The translations under genes were made by a program, and so were the position numbers. Below are positions 30,934 to 41,300 of a DNA stretch of 64,000 nucleotides, piece after piece. The notes beneath the pieces were generated by a model. It searched no databases and was not told the origin of the DNA. It was given only the letters and a program-made list of their open reading frames with translations. Each line of letters opens with the position of its first letter. Positions within the stretch are counted from its first letter, which is position 1. The DNA comes from Deltaproteobacteria bacterium (GTDB lineage Bacteria; Myxococcota; Myxococcia; Myxococcales; 40CM-4-68-19), in contig VBKI01000070.1 in NCBI GenBank assembly GCA_005879535.1, forward strand, positions 18,173 to 82,172, written 5' to 3'.

Positions 30934-32172
30934 CTACTTGCCGGCCACGGTCGATCCCGGGCAGGCGGGGTTGGGCGCGACGCCCTCCTTCACCGCCGCG
31001 ATGCGCGGGTAGATGACCGGCGCGCTCCCGTCGGGCAGATTTTGCTGCACGACGAAGAGGTACTGCGCCTGGCCGCCGTATTGTTCGGGGAAGGCGAGGA
31101 AGCCGCCTGGAAGCAGCGACTCCATCTTCAGCTGCGTGATCGCGTTCCGGACCGTGGCGCGATCGGTGGTGCCGGCGCGATGGATCGCCTCCAGCGAGAC
31201 GCGCACCGCCTCGTATCCGAGCGCCTCGTACCAGTCGGCGGAGCGGTTGTACTTCTCGTTGAACTTCTTCACGAACTCGGCGGTCCGCGCGTTGTGCGCC
31301 ATCTCGTCGCTCCACCACACCGCCGACGTCACGTAGTCTGCCGCCGCCTTGAGCTGCTCGCGGGCTTCGCGCTCGGGGCCGCGCGCACCGTAGGAGATCA
31401 TCTTGTGGCAGAGGCCCATCTTCGCGTACTGGCCGTGCATGGTGATGTAGTCGGGGAGGTGGGCGTCGACGAGGACGACGTCGGCCTTGGCCCCCTTGAG
31501 CCGTTCGAGCGCAGGCTTGAAGTCCTTGGCGTTCAATTCGAACGACTCGTCCATCACGATGTTCCAGGCGCCGCGCCGGCGCGGCGTCTTGGCCGCGAAA
31601 TCCTTGATCGCCTCGGCGTACTCCTTGCCGTGGGAGGTCTTCTCCCAGATGACGGCGACGCGCGCGGGCGAAGGCAGCCGGCCCCGCTGCTGCTCCTCTT
31701 CGGCCCAGCGCATGAGCGCGTTTGCGAGCTGCTCGATGGGAGCCTGCAGGCCGAACAGGTGCTTGAAGCCGCGCTGGTACAGCGCCTTGCTCGCTCCGGT
31801 GGCCGCCACGTACGGAACCCGGAGCTTCTCGGAGACCGCGCTGCCCTTCTCCACCAGCGACGACCCGAACGTGCCGAGCATGACGTCGACGCCCTGGCCG
31901 GCCAGATCCTCGACGGCGCGCTCGTCGGCGGCGCCGTCGCTCTTGTCGTCCACCAGGACCAGCTTCACCGGGACGTGGGCGCCGGCGATGTCCACTCCGC
32001 CTTGCTGGTTCGCGAGCTCCACCGCGAGCTCGTAGCCGTCGCGCAGGCGGCCGCCGCTCTTGCTCTCGGCGCCGGTCAGCGGCAGCGCCGCTCCGAGCTT
32101 GATCTCTTTGGGTGGCGCGGCCTGAACGGCCGACGCGACGAGGAACGATGCGATCAGGGCGATGCGGTTCAT
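30934..32172 (-). CDS. ABC transporter substrate-binding protein (type 1 periplasmic binding fold, branched-chain amino acid LivK-like)
   Basis: ATG at 32172 with signal peptide MNRIALIASFLVASAVQA. LGAALPLTG ... typical LivK-family N-terminus. No permease or ATPase genes adjacent. Confidence 0.88.
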   Translation of the reverse strand: MNRIALIASFLVASAVQAAPPKEIKLGAALPLTGAESKSGGRLRDGYELAVELANQQGGVDIAGAHVPVKLVLVDDKSDGAADERAVEDLAGQGVDVMLGTFGSSLVEKGSAVSEKLRVPYVAATGASKALYQRGFKHLFGLQAPIEQLANALMRWAEEEQQRGRLPSPARVAVIWEKTSHGKEYAEAIKDFAAKTPRRRGAWNIVMDESFELNAKDFKPALERLKGAKADVVLVDAHLPDYITMHGQYAKMGLCHKMISYGARGPEREAREQLKAAADYVTSAVWWSDEMAHNARTAEFVKKFNEKYNRSADWYEALGYEAVRVSLEAIHRAGTTDRATVRNAITQLKMESLLPGGFLAFPEQYGGQAQYLFVVQQNLPDGSAPVIYPRIAAVKEGVAPNPACPGSTVAGK

Positions 32173-32269
32173 TGGGCCCCCCGGCCAGAAAGCGAGACGC
32201 TTCTCTCGTATGGCAACGCGCTGGGTCAGCGTCAAAGAAGCGGATCTGCGTGGAAGTGCGCCCCTGTAT

Positions 32270-33790
32270 TCAGGGCTGCTCGATCGCCGCGGAATCCAGC
32301 GCCGCGGCCGGAGGAGCGGTCTGCAGAAGCATGGCGACGGTAGGCGCCACCTGCGTCGCCCGGAACTGCGGATCGCGGCGAAGGCGGTATTGCGGCGACT
32401 GGACCATCAGGGGGACGAGGGCGTCGTCGTTCCAGGGCGTCCCATGGTCGGCGCCTTCGCTGCGGCGCTTCAACGTCCAGAGCGGCCGGAGGACGAGGAG
32501 GACATGCCCGCTGCGGCCGGGAAAGTACGCGTGGCGGATGAAGGCCTCCGCCCGCTCGATCTCGCTCGCCGGGACCGCCTTCCAGATCCCCGGCTCCCGC
32601 CGCAGGACGTCGAGAGCGACCTCGACCGCCCGCGGCGGAAACGGCGTCCGCAGCGTGAGCGCGTTCGCGTCGATGCTGGCAACCCACCCGTCGGAACGCT
32701 CGCCGACCGCTTCCGCCAGCGCCCGGTTCAGGCGCGGGGTCAGCTCGTCGAGCGCGACCGTGCCACCCTGGGTAACGCGCAGGCGCTTCTCCTCCACCTC
32801 GGTCGGATTGAGGCCGTGATCCGCGGTGAGCACCACCGACACTCGCGTCCCGAGGCGGGCGCGCAGCTCGCCGAGAAAGGTGGACAGCTCGTCGTGGACG
32901 CGGAGCACGGCGTCGATCCGCTCCCGCGAGAGCGTTCCGAACTGGTGTCCGACCGTATCGACCGCGGCCACAGCGACCGTGAGCAGATCGGCGGTGCCGT
33001 TCTCACCGAGCTTCAGCGCCCCGACGGCGGCGCGGGCGGTGCGCAAGGCGATGGTGGTGCTCGCGGGCGTATTGCGGATCGCGCGATAGAGCCGCGCGTC
33101 GAGGACGCCCTGACCGACGCGATGCGGGAACGAGGGACCGATGTCGTAGGCAGGCGCTGCCGGCGCAGGACCGGGATTGGGCAACAGCCGGGCGATCGCA
33201 TCGGGGTGCGACATCGTCCAGATCCAGTCCTTGTACGCCTCCGCCGGACGCCGAGGCAGCCATGCAGGCGGACCCGGGGCGTAGCAGGTGGTGGAGGCCA
33301 TCTCGCCGGCCTCCGCCTCCCACCAGAGCGCCACGTCCGCGGAGGGACCGCCGAGAAAGAGCGCGCTCCGGTCCTTCACGCTGATCGAGACGACGCGCGC
33401 CTTCCCGTCCGTATTGAGCTTGAGCGCATCGGCGACGGTCGGGGCGCGCAACGCGTTGGCGCTCTTTCCGACCTTCGATCCCCAGACCGGGCAGGCCGGA
33501 TCGTCGACGGCCTCCTGCTCGCGCGCGCCCAGCGGAAACCGGTTGCCGACGATGCCGTGCACCTCTGCATACGTGCCGGTTGCGAGCGTCGCGTGGCCCG
33601 GCGCCGTTTCGGTGACCGCGGTCTCGTAGCGCATGGGCGCAGCGCGGCCCAGACCGGCGAACCCCTTCGGACCCAACTCGGGCGAAAGCCAGAGCACGTC
33701 CTGGTACCGGAGCTGATCGACCACGACGAGAACCACCAGCCGGCCTTGCGGCGCCGCCGCGGCCGCCGCCAAAAGGAGCGAGGCAATCAT
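32270..33790 (-). CDS. alkaline phosphatase / nucleotide pyrophosphatase-phosphodiesterase family protein
   Basis: 506 aa. Signal peptide. VVVDQLRYQ, TETAPGHATLATG (catalytic Thr context) and DTVGHQFG, LTADHG metal-ligand motifs. Confidence 0.85.
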   Translation of the reverse strand: MIASLLLAAAAAAPQGRLVVLVVVDQLRYQDVLWLSPELGPKGFAGLGRAAPMRYETAVTETAPGHATLATGTYAEVHGIVGNRFPLGAREQEAVDDPACPVWGSKVGKSANALRAPTVADALKLNTDGKARVVSISVKDRSALFLGGPSADVALWWEAEAGEMASTTCYAPGPPAWLPRRPAEAYKDWIWTMSHPDAIARLLPNPGPAPAAPAYDIGPSFPHRVGQGVLDARLYRAIRNTPASTTIALRTARAAVGALKLGENGTADLLTVAVAAVDTVGHQFGTLSRERIDAVLRVHDELSTFLGELRARLGTRVSVVLTADHGLNPTEVEEKRLRVTQGGTVALDELTPRLNRALAEAVGERSDGWVASIDANALTLRTPFPPRAVEVALDVLRREPGIWKAVPASEIERAEAFIRHAYFPGRSGHVLLVLRPLWTLKRRSEGADHGTPWNDDALVPLMVQSPQYRLRRDPQFRATQVAPTVAMLLQTAPPAAALDSAAIEQP

Positions 33791-33846
33791 TTGAGGATGA
33801 CCGGGTCGGGCTTGATCGATTGTCGTCGGGCCTGCATTGTGCGCGC

Positions 33847-34686
33847 ATGTTCCAGGCTGGGCTGCTGAAAGACAAGACCTTCGTGGTGACGGGCGGCGGG
33901 ACGGGGCTCGGAGCGGAGATGGCGAAGCGCTTCGCCGGGCTCGGCGCCCACTCCGTCGTCCTCGGGCGGCGCAAGGAAAAGCTCGACGAGGTGGTGGCGC
34001 AGATCGAGCGCGCTGGCGGAAGGGCGAGCGCCCATTCCTGCGACGTGAGGGACTTCGCGGCGGTCCAGGAGGTGGCCTCGCGCGTCGGCCAGGTCGACGG
34101 ACTGGTGAACAACGCCGCGGGCAATTTCCTCGCAGCAGCCGAGGACCTGTCGGCGAACGGCTTCAAGGCGGTGGTCGACATCGTGCTCAACGGCACCTTC
34201 CACTGCACGAGCGCGTTCGGCCGGAGGATGATCGAATCCGGCAAGGGCGGCGCGATCCTGAACATCGTCACGACGTATGCGTGGACCGGATCGGCCTTCG
34301 TCCTGCCGTCCGCCTGCGCCAAGGCGGGAGTCCTCGCGCTGACGCGGTCGCTGGCGGTCGAGTGGGCCGCCTACCGGATCCGGGTCAACGCCATCGCTCC
34401 GGGACCGGTGCCGACGGAAGGTGCGTTCTCCCGGCTGATGCCCGACCCCAGCCTCGAGGAGATGGCCCGCAATCGCGTGCCGCTGAAGCGATTCGGCACG
34501 CCGCGCGAGATCGCCGATGCCGCCGTCTATCTGATGTCCGACGGCGCCGGCTACGTCACCGGCGACTGCCTGACCATCGACGGAGGCGAGTGGCTGCGGA
34601 ACGGCGGCGAGTTCAGCTACGCCACCGACTACGATCGCGAGAACCTCAAGCAGATGCTCAAGGCGATGCGTGGAAAGGCGAAGTAG
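33847..34686 (+). CDS. SDR family oxidoreductase (2,4-dienoyl-CoA reductase-like)
   Basis: ATG at 33847. TGGGTGLG cofactor motif, NNAAGNF, S...AKAG active-site variant typical of DECR-like SDRs. Confidence 0.9.
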   Translation: MFQAGLLKDKTFVVTGGGTGLGAEMAKRFAGLGAHSVVLGRRKEKLDEVVAQIERAGGRASAHSCDVRDFAAVQEVASRVGQVDGLVNNAAGNFLAAAEDLSANGFKAVVDIVLNGTFHCTSAFGRRMIESGKGGAILNIVTTYAWTGSAFVLPSACAKAGVLALTRSLAVEWAAYRIRVNAIAPGPVPTEGAFSRLMPDPSLEEMARNRVPLKRFGTPREIADAAVYLMSDGAGYVTGDCLTIDGGEWLRNGGEFSYATDYDRENLKQMLKAMRGKAK

Positions 34687-34695
34687 GGGGCGGCG

Positions 34696-35322
34696 TCAGA
34701 AGACGTAGCGGATGCGCGGCATCACCACCAGCGAAGGCATCCTGACGCCGTACCTGGCAAACGTCTCGCGGATCACCGCATCGATCCCGACGGCGAAGTG
34801 ATCGAGGCGGGTATCGTAATCCAGCGAGAATCCGCCGCCCGCATGCAGGCCGGGCACGTGGTCTGGCACGGAGCCGTTCCGCTGGACCGGTCCTGGCGAG
34901 AGGTCGGTGAATCCTCCGAGCACCTTCGCCGCCAGCATCGTCCGGGGAGCGATCGCGAAACCGTACGAGACCCCGACCTCCAGGAAGGTGGCGCCGAAGG
35001 AGTCGGCGCCCAGGCAGGAATCTCCCGTCGGGCTCAGCTGGTAGCAGGAAGAGCGCGCAGCGCCGAGCCCGAGCGAGGCGAAGACCGACGCGCGCGAGCC
35101 GAGGTCGCGCCCGAACGTCAACGCGAGGTACGGCTCGCCGCTCGAGAACGGCCGGGTACCGCCCATCGCCGTGAACACCCCTAGCGCGGCCTCGACGTAC
35201 GTTCCGCGGCGAGGCGCATCGTCGACGCCAGCGACGACCACCGTGTCGGGTGGCCGCGCCCCCGGGTCGGGTTGCGCCCAGGCGGCGGTGCCCAGCAGCA
35301 CGCCAATCAGGAAGGCCTTCAT
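34696..35322 (-). CDS. outer-membrane beta-barrel protein, GltH/NfsH-position member of the Glt/Nfs-like cluster
   Basis: Signal peptide MKAFLIGVLLGTAAWAQ. Alternating beta-strand pattern. Terminal ...RIRYVF aromatic residue. ATGA overlap with the upstream gene. Confidence 0.7.
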   Translation of the reverse strand: MKAFLIGVLLGTAAWAQPDPGARPPDTVVVAGVDDAPRRGTYVEAALGVFTAMGGTRPFSSGEPYLALTFGRDLGSRASVFASLGLGAARSSCYQLSPTGDSCLGADSFGATFLEVGVSYGFAIAPRTMLAAKVLGGFTDLSPGPVQRNGSVPDHVPGLHAGGGFSLDYDTRLDHFAVGIDAVIRETFARYGVRMPSLVVMPRIRYVF

Positions 35323-36797
35323 TGCGCGCTGCTCTTGAAGACGTAGGGATAGGTGACCTGCACCGTTCCGCCGCCCTGCGGAGCGGGGAACAGCCAGCGG
35401 CGTACGTGATTGATCATGCAGCTTTCCACGGGCTCGCTTCCCATCGTCGTCTGTTGGATGAGAGCCTCTCCGACGCGGCCGCTGCCCTCGATCATGAACA
35501 GCACCGTCACCTTCCCGTACAGCTCGGGCTTCTTCGAGAGCTCCTTCTCGTAGCAGTACTTGATCTCGTTGTAGTGCTTCTGGATCACGCGGTTGATCAC
35601 ATCGCGCGACAGGCCGCCGACGACGACCGTGCGGCCGGGCACGAACACCGTCTCGTCCTTCCCGCGCCCGCCGAGATCGACGTCGCCGTACCCGCCTCGA
35701 CCATGTCCGGAGCCCTTGGTGCCGAGGCCTCCGATGCCCAACGCCTGGCCGCCGCCACCTGCTCCGGTGCCGCGGGTGCCCAGACCGCCGACGCCATATG
35801 CATCGCCGACGCCCGCCCGGGCGCGCGTGCCGCCGAGCGAAGGATTGACGCCGGCGCCGAGCCCTCTCGGCCCGGGCAGGCCCGCGCCGCCACCACCCAC
35901 GGCTCCCATCTTCGAGAGAGCGGCGATGAGGCCGAGCTTCTTGATCTTCGACAGATCCCTCCTCTTCTTGTCCGGATCGCCACCGGGCTTCGAAGGCGCC
36001 GCTTCCTTCTTCTTCGGTTCCCGCTTGCCGAGCTTTCCTTCGGCGCCGGCGCTCTTGTCGCCCTCCTTGGCTCCGGACAGCTCCTTCGCCTTGGGCGGTT
36101 CGGACGCCTTCTCCGCCGGCTTCACCTGGTACTTCGCGAAGCGCTCCGGGTTCTGCACCAGGGCGTCGCGGTCGAGATCGACCCGCGGCATCGAGCTCAT
36201 CGCGCGGAGGAACGCGAGCAGCGCGAGGAGGGCGAACACCACGACGATCGCGAACGGCAGGTCGATCCGCTTCAGCGCGGGCGTTTCCTTCTGCCGCTCC
36301 GCGCGGACGTAGCGGGCGATCAACGTCAACGACGGCGTGAGCTGTGCGACGACCCGATCGTCGCCCGCGATGGCGTGCGCGTATCCGCGGAACGGCGCGT
36401 CGACGCGTCGGCCCTTCACCGCCAGAGGGAGGACCCTGCCGCCGCCGTGCACTTCCGCATGCAGCTCGTCGGGCAGCGTCACCACGTGCCCGTCCGGCGC
36501 GTGCTTCACCAGGTGGAAGTTCCTGGGGAGCGTCGATTCCGGCAGATCGAACAGGCGGCTGACGCTGAGATCCGCGCCATCGCCGACCTGTTCCAGCTCG
36601 ACCAACGTCGAGCCGCCCCAGACGATACCGACGAGCAGGACGCGGCCGCCGGGCCGTGGCCGCTCGTCGTCCGGAAGCTCGTCGAAGATCAGCAGCTGCG
36701 CCGCCGCCGCGTCCGAGACCCGGGAGGCGAGCGTCGGACGCGTCCCCTGCGCTCCCTCCACCTCCTCGACCTCCACCATGCGCTCGATCTGGGCCAT
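35319..36797 (-). CDS. bitopic inner-membrane protein with AgmX/PglI-type TonB-C-like domain (GltG/NfsG-like)
   Basis: ATG at 36797 with GGGAAG RBS. Cytoplasmic N-domain, TM LPFAIVVVFALLALLAFL, Lys/Glu/Pro-rich then Gly-rich linker. C-terminal segment is VINRVIQKHYNEIKYCYEKEL...VESCMINHVRRWLFPAPQGGGTVQVTYPYVF. Confidence 0.8.
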   Translation of the reverse strand: MAQIERMVEVEEVEGAQGTRPTLASRVSDAAAAQLLIFDELPDDERPRPGGRVLLVGIVWGGSTLVELEQVGDGADLSVSRLFDLPESTLPRNFHLVKHAPDGHVVTLPDELHAEVHGGGRVLPLAVKGRRVDAPFRGYAHAIAGDDRVVAQLTPSLTLIARYVRAERQKETPALKRIDLPFAIVVVFALLALLAFLRAMSSMPRVDLDRDALVQNPERFAKYQVKPAEKASEPPKAKELSGAKEGDKSAGAEGKLGKREPKKKEAAPSKPGGDPDKKRRDLSKIKKLGLIAALSKMGAVGGGGAGLPGPRGLGAGVNPSLGGTRARAGVGDAYGVGGLGTRGTGAGGGGQALGIGGLGTKGSGHGRGGYGDVDLGGRGKDETVFVPGRTVVVGGLSRDVINRVIQKHYNEIKYCYEKELSKKPELYGKVTVLFMIEGSGRVGEALIQQTTMGSEPVESCMINHVRRWLFPAPQGGGTVQVTYPYVFKSSAQ

Positions 36798-36808
36798 CTT
36801 CCCGCGTC

Positions 36809-37099
36809 CTACAGGTTGTCGGCGGACTTCTGCAGCTCGGGATTGAAGTTGTCGCGGAGACGGACCAGCGAGCGGAACCGCGTGCGGTTGCGATTGAGGA
36901 CGTAGCTGCCCTCCGGCCTCGTGAGCTCGCCCTCGACCGTCACGTCGTTGAAGTCGATGACGGTGCGCTTGCGGACCACGATCCGGTCGGCTTCCTGCAC
37001 GACCTTCGCGCGGGGCTTTTCCTCGGCGAGCGCCGGCAGCGCGAGCAGGACGATCAGGACGGTTCTCCTCACACTCACCTCCGCGGGGACGATTTGCAT
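36809..37099 (-). CDS. small exported/single-pass protein (GltF/NfsF position)
   Basis: ATG at 37099 (the tracked ORF starts at TTG 37117). Hydrophobic N-terminus RRTVLIVLLALPALA. Conserved-looking VIDFNDVTVEGELTRPEGSYV block. Assignment rests on position only. Confidence 0.55.
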   Translation of the reverse strand: MQIVPAEVSVRRTVLIVLLALPALAEEKPRAKVVQEADRIVVRKRTVIDFNDVTVEGELTRPEGSYVLNRNRTRFRSLVRLRDNFNPELQKSADNL

Positions 37100-37140
37100 C
37101 GCAGCGCGATCGGCCAACCGTCAGCCCGCTCGCCCGTCGT

Positions 37141-38364
37141 TCAACGGACAACCGAAGGGGCGTCTTCCGGGGGAAGGTCTTCCGGCGACGATCCGGGATC
37201 CGCGCCTTGTGGCAATTTCGACAGATCGAGGCTGGCGCCGGCAGCTTTCGCCGCAGTCCTCGCGACCGCAGGAGGCGCATTCCGCAGCCGGAGATCGATT
37301 GAGGCGAGCTGATTTTGCGCTTCCTTCAGACGGCTTGCCTTCGGCAGCCCCAGGTATTCCTTGAATCCAGAGAGTGCAGCGGGGAGGTCTCCCTCCGATT
37401 TGAGCGCCGTGGCCCTCCCGTACAGCGCGTCGTCCTGGCGCGGCGCGATGGCGAGCACCTTCTCGTATTCGGCGCGCGCCTCCCCAGGCCGGCGCAGGCC
37501 TTCCAATGCCCAGGCTCGACCGAGATGCGACTCCCAGCGCGCGGGATCCAGCTGGAGCGCCCTGGCGAACGCCTCTTCCGCCGCCGCGTAGTCGCGATAC
37601 CTCGTTGCGAGCGCCCCGAGGTTGATGAAGGCGGGGGCGAAGTCCGGATCGAGCTGAGCTGCCTCCTCGAAGAATGCGCGCGCGGCGGCCACGTCCTCGC
37701 GCTGCAGCGCCAGCAGCCCGAGGCTGTTCGGGATCCTGGCATCCTTCGGATCGAGCTTTCGCGCGTGGTCGAACGCCGCCTCGGCGAGGCGGACGTGTCC
37801 CTGGTCGCCTTCGATGGCGGCGAGATTGCGATACGCATCGGCATCGCGCGGATGTCGCTGCAGCACCTGGCGGAGCACCGCCGCGGCGTCCTCGAGCTGG
37901 CGCCGCCCGCGCAAAATGGTGGCAAGCGCGTTCAGCAGTCGGGGATCGGCCGGTTGTTTCAGCAAAGCCGCGCGCAGGACGGCCTCCGCGCGGTCCGGGG
38001 CACCAGCGAGCAGGCGAGAGAGGTTGACGGCCGCGCCGACATGTCCCGGATCGGCGGCCAGGGCGCGCGTGTACAGCTCCGCCGCCGCAGGCGCGTCGCC
38101 GAGCTGCTCCTCAACCCACGCGGAGTCGAAGAGCGCGCCTGGATGGTTGGGCTGCTTCGCGAGGAACGTCTCGAGGCGGGCCTCGGCTCCTTCCCAGTCC
38201 CGCCGGGTCATCAGCTCGCGGCCTTCCTTGTACAGGATCGTTGCCGGCAGCTCGAACAGGCGCTGCCGTTCCGCGGCCTTGATCTGCGCCGGGGTCGGCC
38301 GCTGTTGCGCGGGAGCGTGCGCGCAAGCGCAGGCAAGCAGCGCGATCGCCATGAACAGCCGCAT
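37141..38364 (-). CDS. TPR-repeat lipoprotein (GltE/AglT/NfsE-like)
   Basis: ATG at 38364 shares 1 nt with the upstream stop (TGATG). Lipobox ALLACAC. About 8 TPR units. Pro/Ala-rich tail. Confidence 0.8.
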   Translation of the reverse strand: MRLFMAIALLACACAHAPAQQRPTPAQIKAAERQRLFELPATILYKEGRELMTRRDWEGAEARLETFLAKQPNHPGALFDSAWVEEQLGDAPAAAELYTRALAADPGHVGAAVNLSRLLAGAPDRAEAVLRAALLKQPADPRLLNALATILRGRRQLEDAAAVLRQVLQRHPRDADAYRNLAAIEGDQGHVRLAEAAFDHARKLDPKDARIPNSLGLLALQREDVAAARAFFEEAAQLDPDFAPAFINLGALATRYRDYAAAEEAFARALQLDPARWESHLGRAWALEGLRRPGEARAEYEKVLAIAPRQDDALYGRATALKSEGDLPAALSGFKEYLGLPKASRLKEAQNQLASIDLRLRNAPPAVARTAAKAAGASLDLSKLPQGADPGSSPEDLPPEDAPSVVR

Positions 38365-41300
38365 CAGGGACCTCCCGTCAGCTCGGGCGCGACCGGGCGC
38401 GTCGGGGCGCTCTCGGCAAAACCTGGACGGTGCACGTCGCCGTACGCGTCCGGTTGGTACTCGCGCAGCAGATCCTGGGCCTTGACCACCCACTCCGAAT
38501 ACACGCCGGTGGTGCGCGAAATGGCGATCGCCTTGGCGAATGCCTCGACCGCCTTGTCCTCGAGCGGCAGGGCCTGCGATTCGAGCATGCTCCGGTAGAG
38601 CTCCTGTTGCTCCCGGTCGAGGCCGCGCGGCATCGGCGCATCGAGCAGGCCCTTGTTGAAGTTGCGGTACGCCTCGCCGATGCGCGCGAAGGCGGCCTCG
38701 CTCCAGCGCGGGCTGCCGACGGCGATCACCTCGCCGTATGCGGAGAGCAGCCGCGCGATGCGCGTGTTCTTCACCTTCAGCACGTAGACGAGGTCGGCCT
38801 GGCGGAGATAGCGGAAGTGGATGGCCATGAAGTCGCTGAACGACGGCTCGACGGCGAGGAAACAGGCATGCGCGGCCGCATCGATCAGCGGCGCCGCGGC
38901 CTTGTCCGCCTCGGCAAGCCGGGCATAGCGTTGCGGGACGTCCGCCAGGACTGTGGCGGCCTCCGGCGCTTTCAGCTCGCGCAGGGCCAGGCCCTGCTTG
39001 TAGCGCGCGAGGAGGAGCTGTCCGGCGGTGGCCGCCCCTGCCCATTCGCGGTGGAACGACGACCAGTGCTCGGCGGCGCGCCGGAAATCTTTCTGCCGCT
39101 CGAGGATGACGCCGACGTTGAACGCGATCTTCGCCGCGTCGGGCCGCGAACGGTACTGCTTCAGCCAGGTCTGCCAGTCGCGGAGCGCGCCGGCGTCGTC
39201 GCCGACGCCTTCGCGCCAGATCGCGGCATTGTAGAGCCAGTCCGCCGCCCTCGCATCCGAGGGCCAGCGCCGCTGCGCCTCCTCGTACCAGCGGACGGCG
39301 TCCGGAAACCGGCCGGCGCGCTCGCAGGCGTTGGCCAACGCGGGGATCGTCAGCTTGACGATGGCCGGATCCGCGCTGCTGTATTCGCGCACGAGCTGCT
39401 CGCCCGCGGCGATCTCGACGTCGAGCTCGTCTCCCTTGTCCGCGATCAAGAGCGCGTCGTAGAGCGCCTTCGGCGCGTACTCGCTCTTCGGATAGCGCGC
39501 CACGAAGGCGCGGAACTCGCTCGCGGCGAGGGCGAAGTCCTTCTTCTCCTCATAGAGCTGCATCGCGTACTTGAACCGCGCGCCCTCCGCCACGCGAGCC
39601 GTCTCGAGCTGGAACTTCGAGCCAGGCGGACAGAGCTGGCTGTCCCGGAGAAAGCGCTGGGCCAGATCGCTGAGGGCCTGCCACTCCTGCCTGGTATTCA
39701 GGATGTCCAGGGAGAGCTCCGCGGCCTTCTGCGACCAGCTGTCGGTGGGCCAGCGAAGGATGATCTCCCCGAAGCGCTTGGCCGCGTCGACGAAATGCCG
39801 GCGCTCGTAGAAGACGAACGCGGCCTTGTAGCGGATGACGATCTCGTCCTTGGCGCCAGAGGCCAGCCGCAGGTACCGATCGCAGGCGGCGATCAGCTTC
39901 TGCTCGTTCTCCGGAATCGGCTCCGGCTGGACGTCGCGCGTGACGGTCTCGAGCCGGAGCTTGCCGGCGCCGCGATCGACATGTCCTTTGTCCTTGCGCT
40001 CCTCGACCTTCGCCGCGTCGGCGAGCTCGCGCTTCTTCAGCTTGCCCTTGGCGATCGCCACCGCCTTCTCCAGGGCGAGGATGGCGTTGTACGCAGCGCG
40101 CTGCGCTTGCGACCCCTTGGGATCGGCTTCCACGACCTTCCCGTACTCCATGGCGGCGGCGTCCCACTCTTCGAGCGCGTAGAGGATCTCCGCGTAGTAG
40201 AAGCGCATCGACGCGGTGCTCTCGCTCTGCGGGAACGTGTCGAGGTATTGGCGGTAGATGTCGCGCGCCAGCCGGTAGGTGGCAGCGCTCTTCGTCTTGA
40301 TCGCTTCCTGGTGGTAGTCCTGCACCAGCTCGCGCAGCGACGCTTCCGCCAGATCGCGCGCTTCGGCCAAAGCTCCCTTCTCCGCGGTGTTCGCCTTGGC
40401 CCATCCGCTCTGCGGCCCGTAGTCTCCGACCAGCCGATTCATCTCCGTGACCACCTGATCGCGCCGGTTCAGCTTGTCGTAGGCGAGCAGGATCTTCTGC
40501 TGCCAGGCGGGCGCTTTCGCGTGGCCCGGGGCGCGCGCCTGCAGGATCCGGTACACGCGGATGGCCTGCTCGAATTTGCCGTCGTCGAAGTAGGTGGCCG
40601 CCAGCCGCTGGATGGCCTCCACGGAATCGGCGCCGGCCTTCTCCGCCAGATACGCGACGGCGCCGTCGATCGCGTCGACGTGGGCGTACGCAAGGACGAT
40701 GTCCTTGAGCGCTTCCTGGCGGAGCTGCACCCGGTCGCCACGGGCCTCGCCCTCCGAATAGGCGATCACTTCCTTGAACTTCGCGATGGCCGCTCCGTAC
40801 GCCCCGGCGTTGTAGTCGCACCAGGCGAGCTTGTAGAGCGCGAACGCGTACAGCTTCGGCAGGTGGAACGAGGCGGCCTTCTCGAAGGCCTCCCGCGCCC
40901 GGGGCAGATCGTTGGTGGCGAAGAAGTGCTCGCCGGTCTGAACCCAGGCGTCGGGGACGAAACGGCTCTTCGGGTACTGCGCGATCAGCGCGGAGTAGTA
41001 GGCGATTCCGCGATCCCTGTTGCCGCTCTCGTAGAGGTTGTGGCCCGCCACGAAGAGCACTTCGTCGCGGCGCTCGTACGCAGGGTACCGATCGAGCACC
41101 TCCTGGTAGAGGCCGATGGCCTCCCTGCGGTACCCGTCGCTGCGGCTCGTGTCGAGCTTCGGCTCCTCGCCCTCCCGCTTGTCCGCCCATTTCGCGACCG
41201 CGTCGTCGTGATCGCGGACTTCCTGAAGGCCTGCGTAGCGCGCCTTCTCCCACCAGAGCTCGGCGAGCTGGAAGTAGAGGTCGGCACGGCGATCCCCCTC

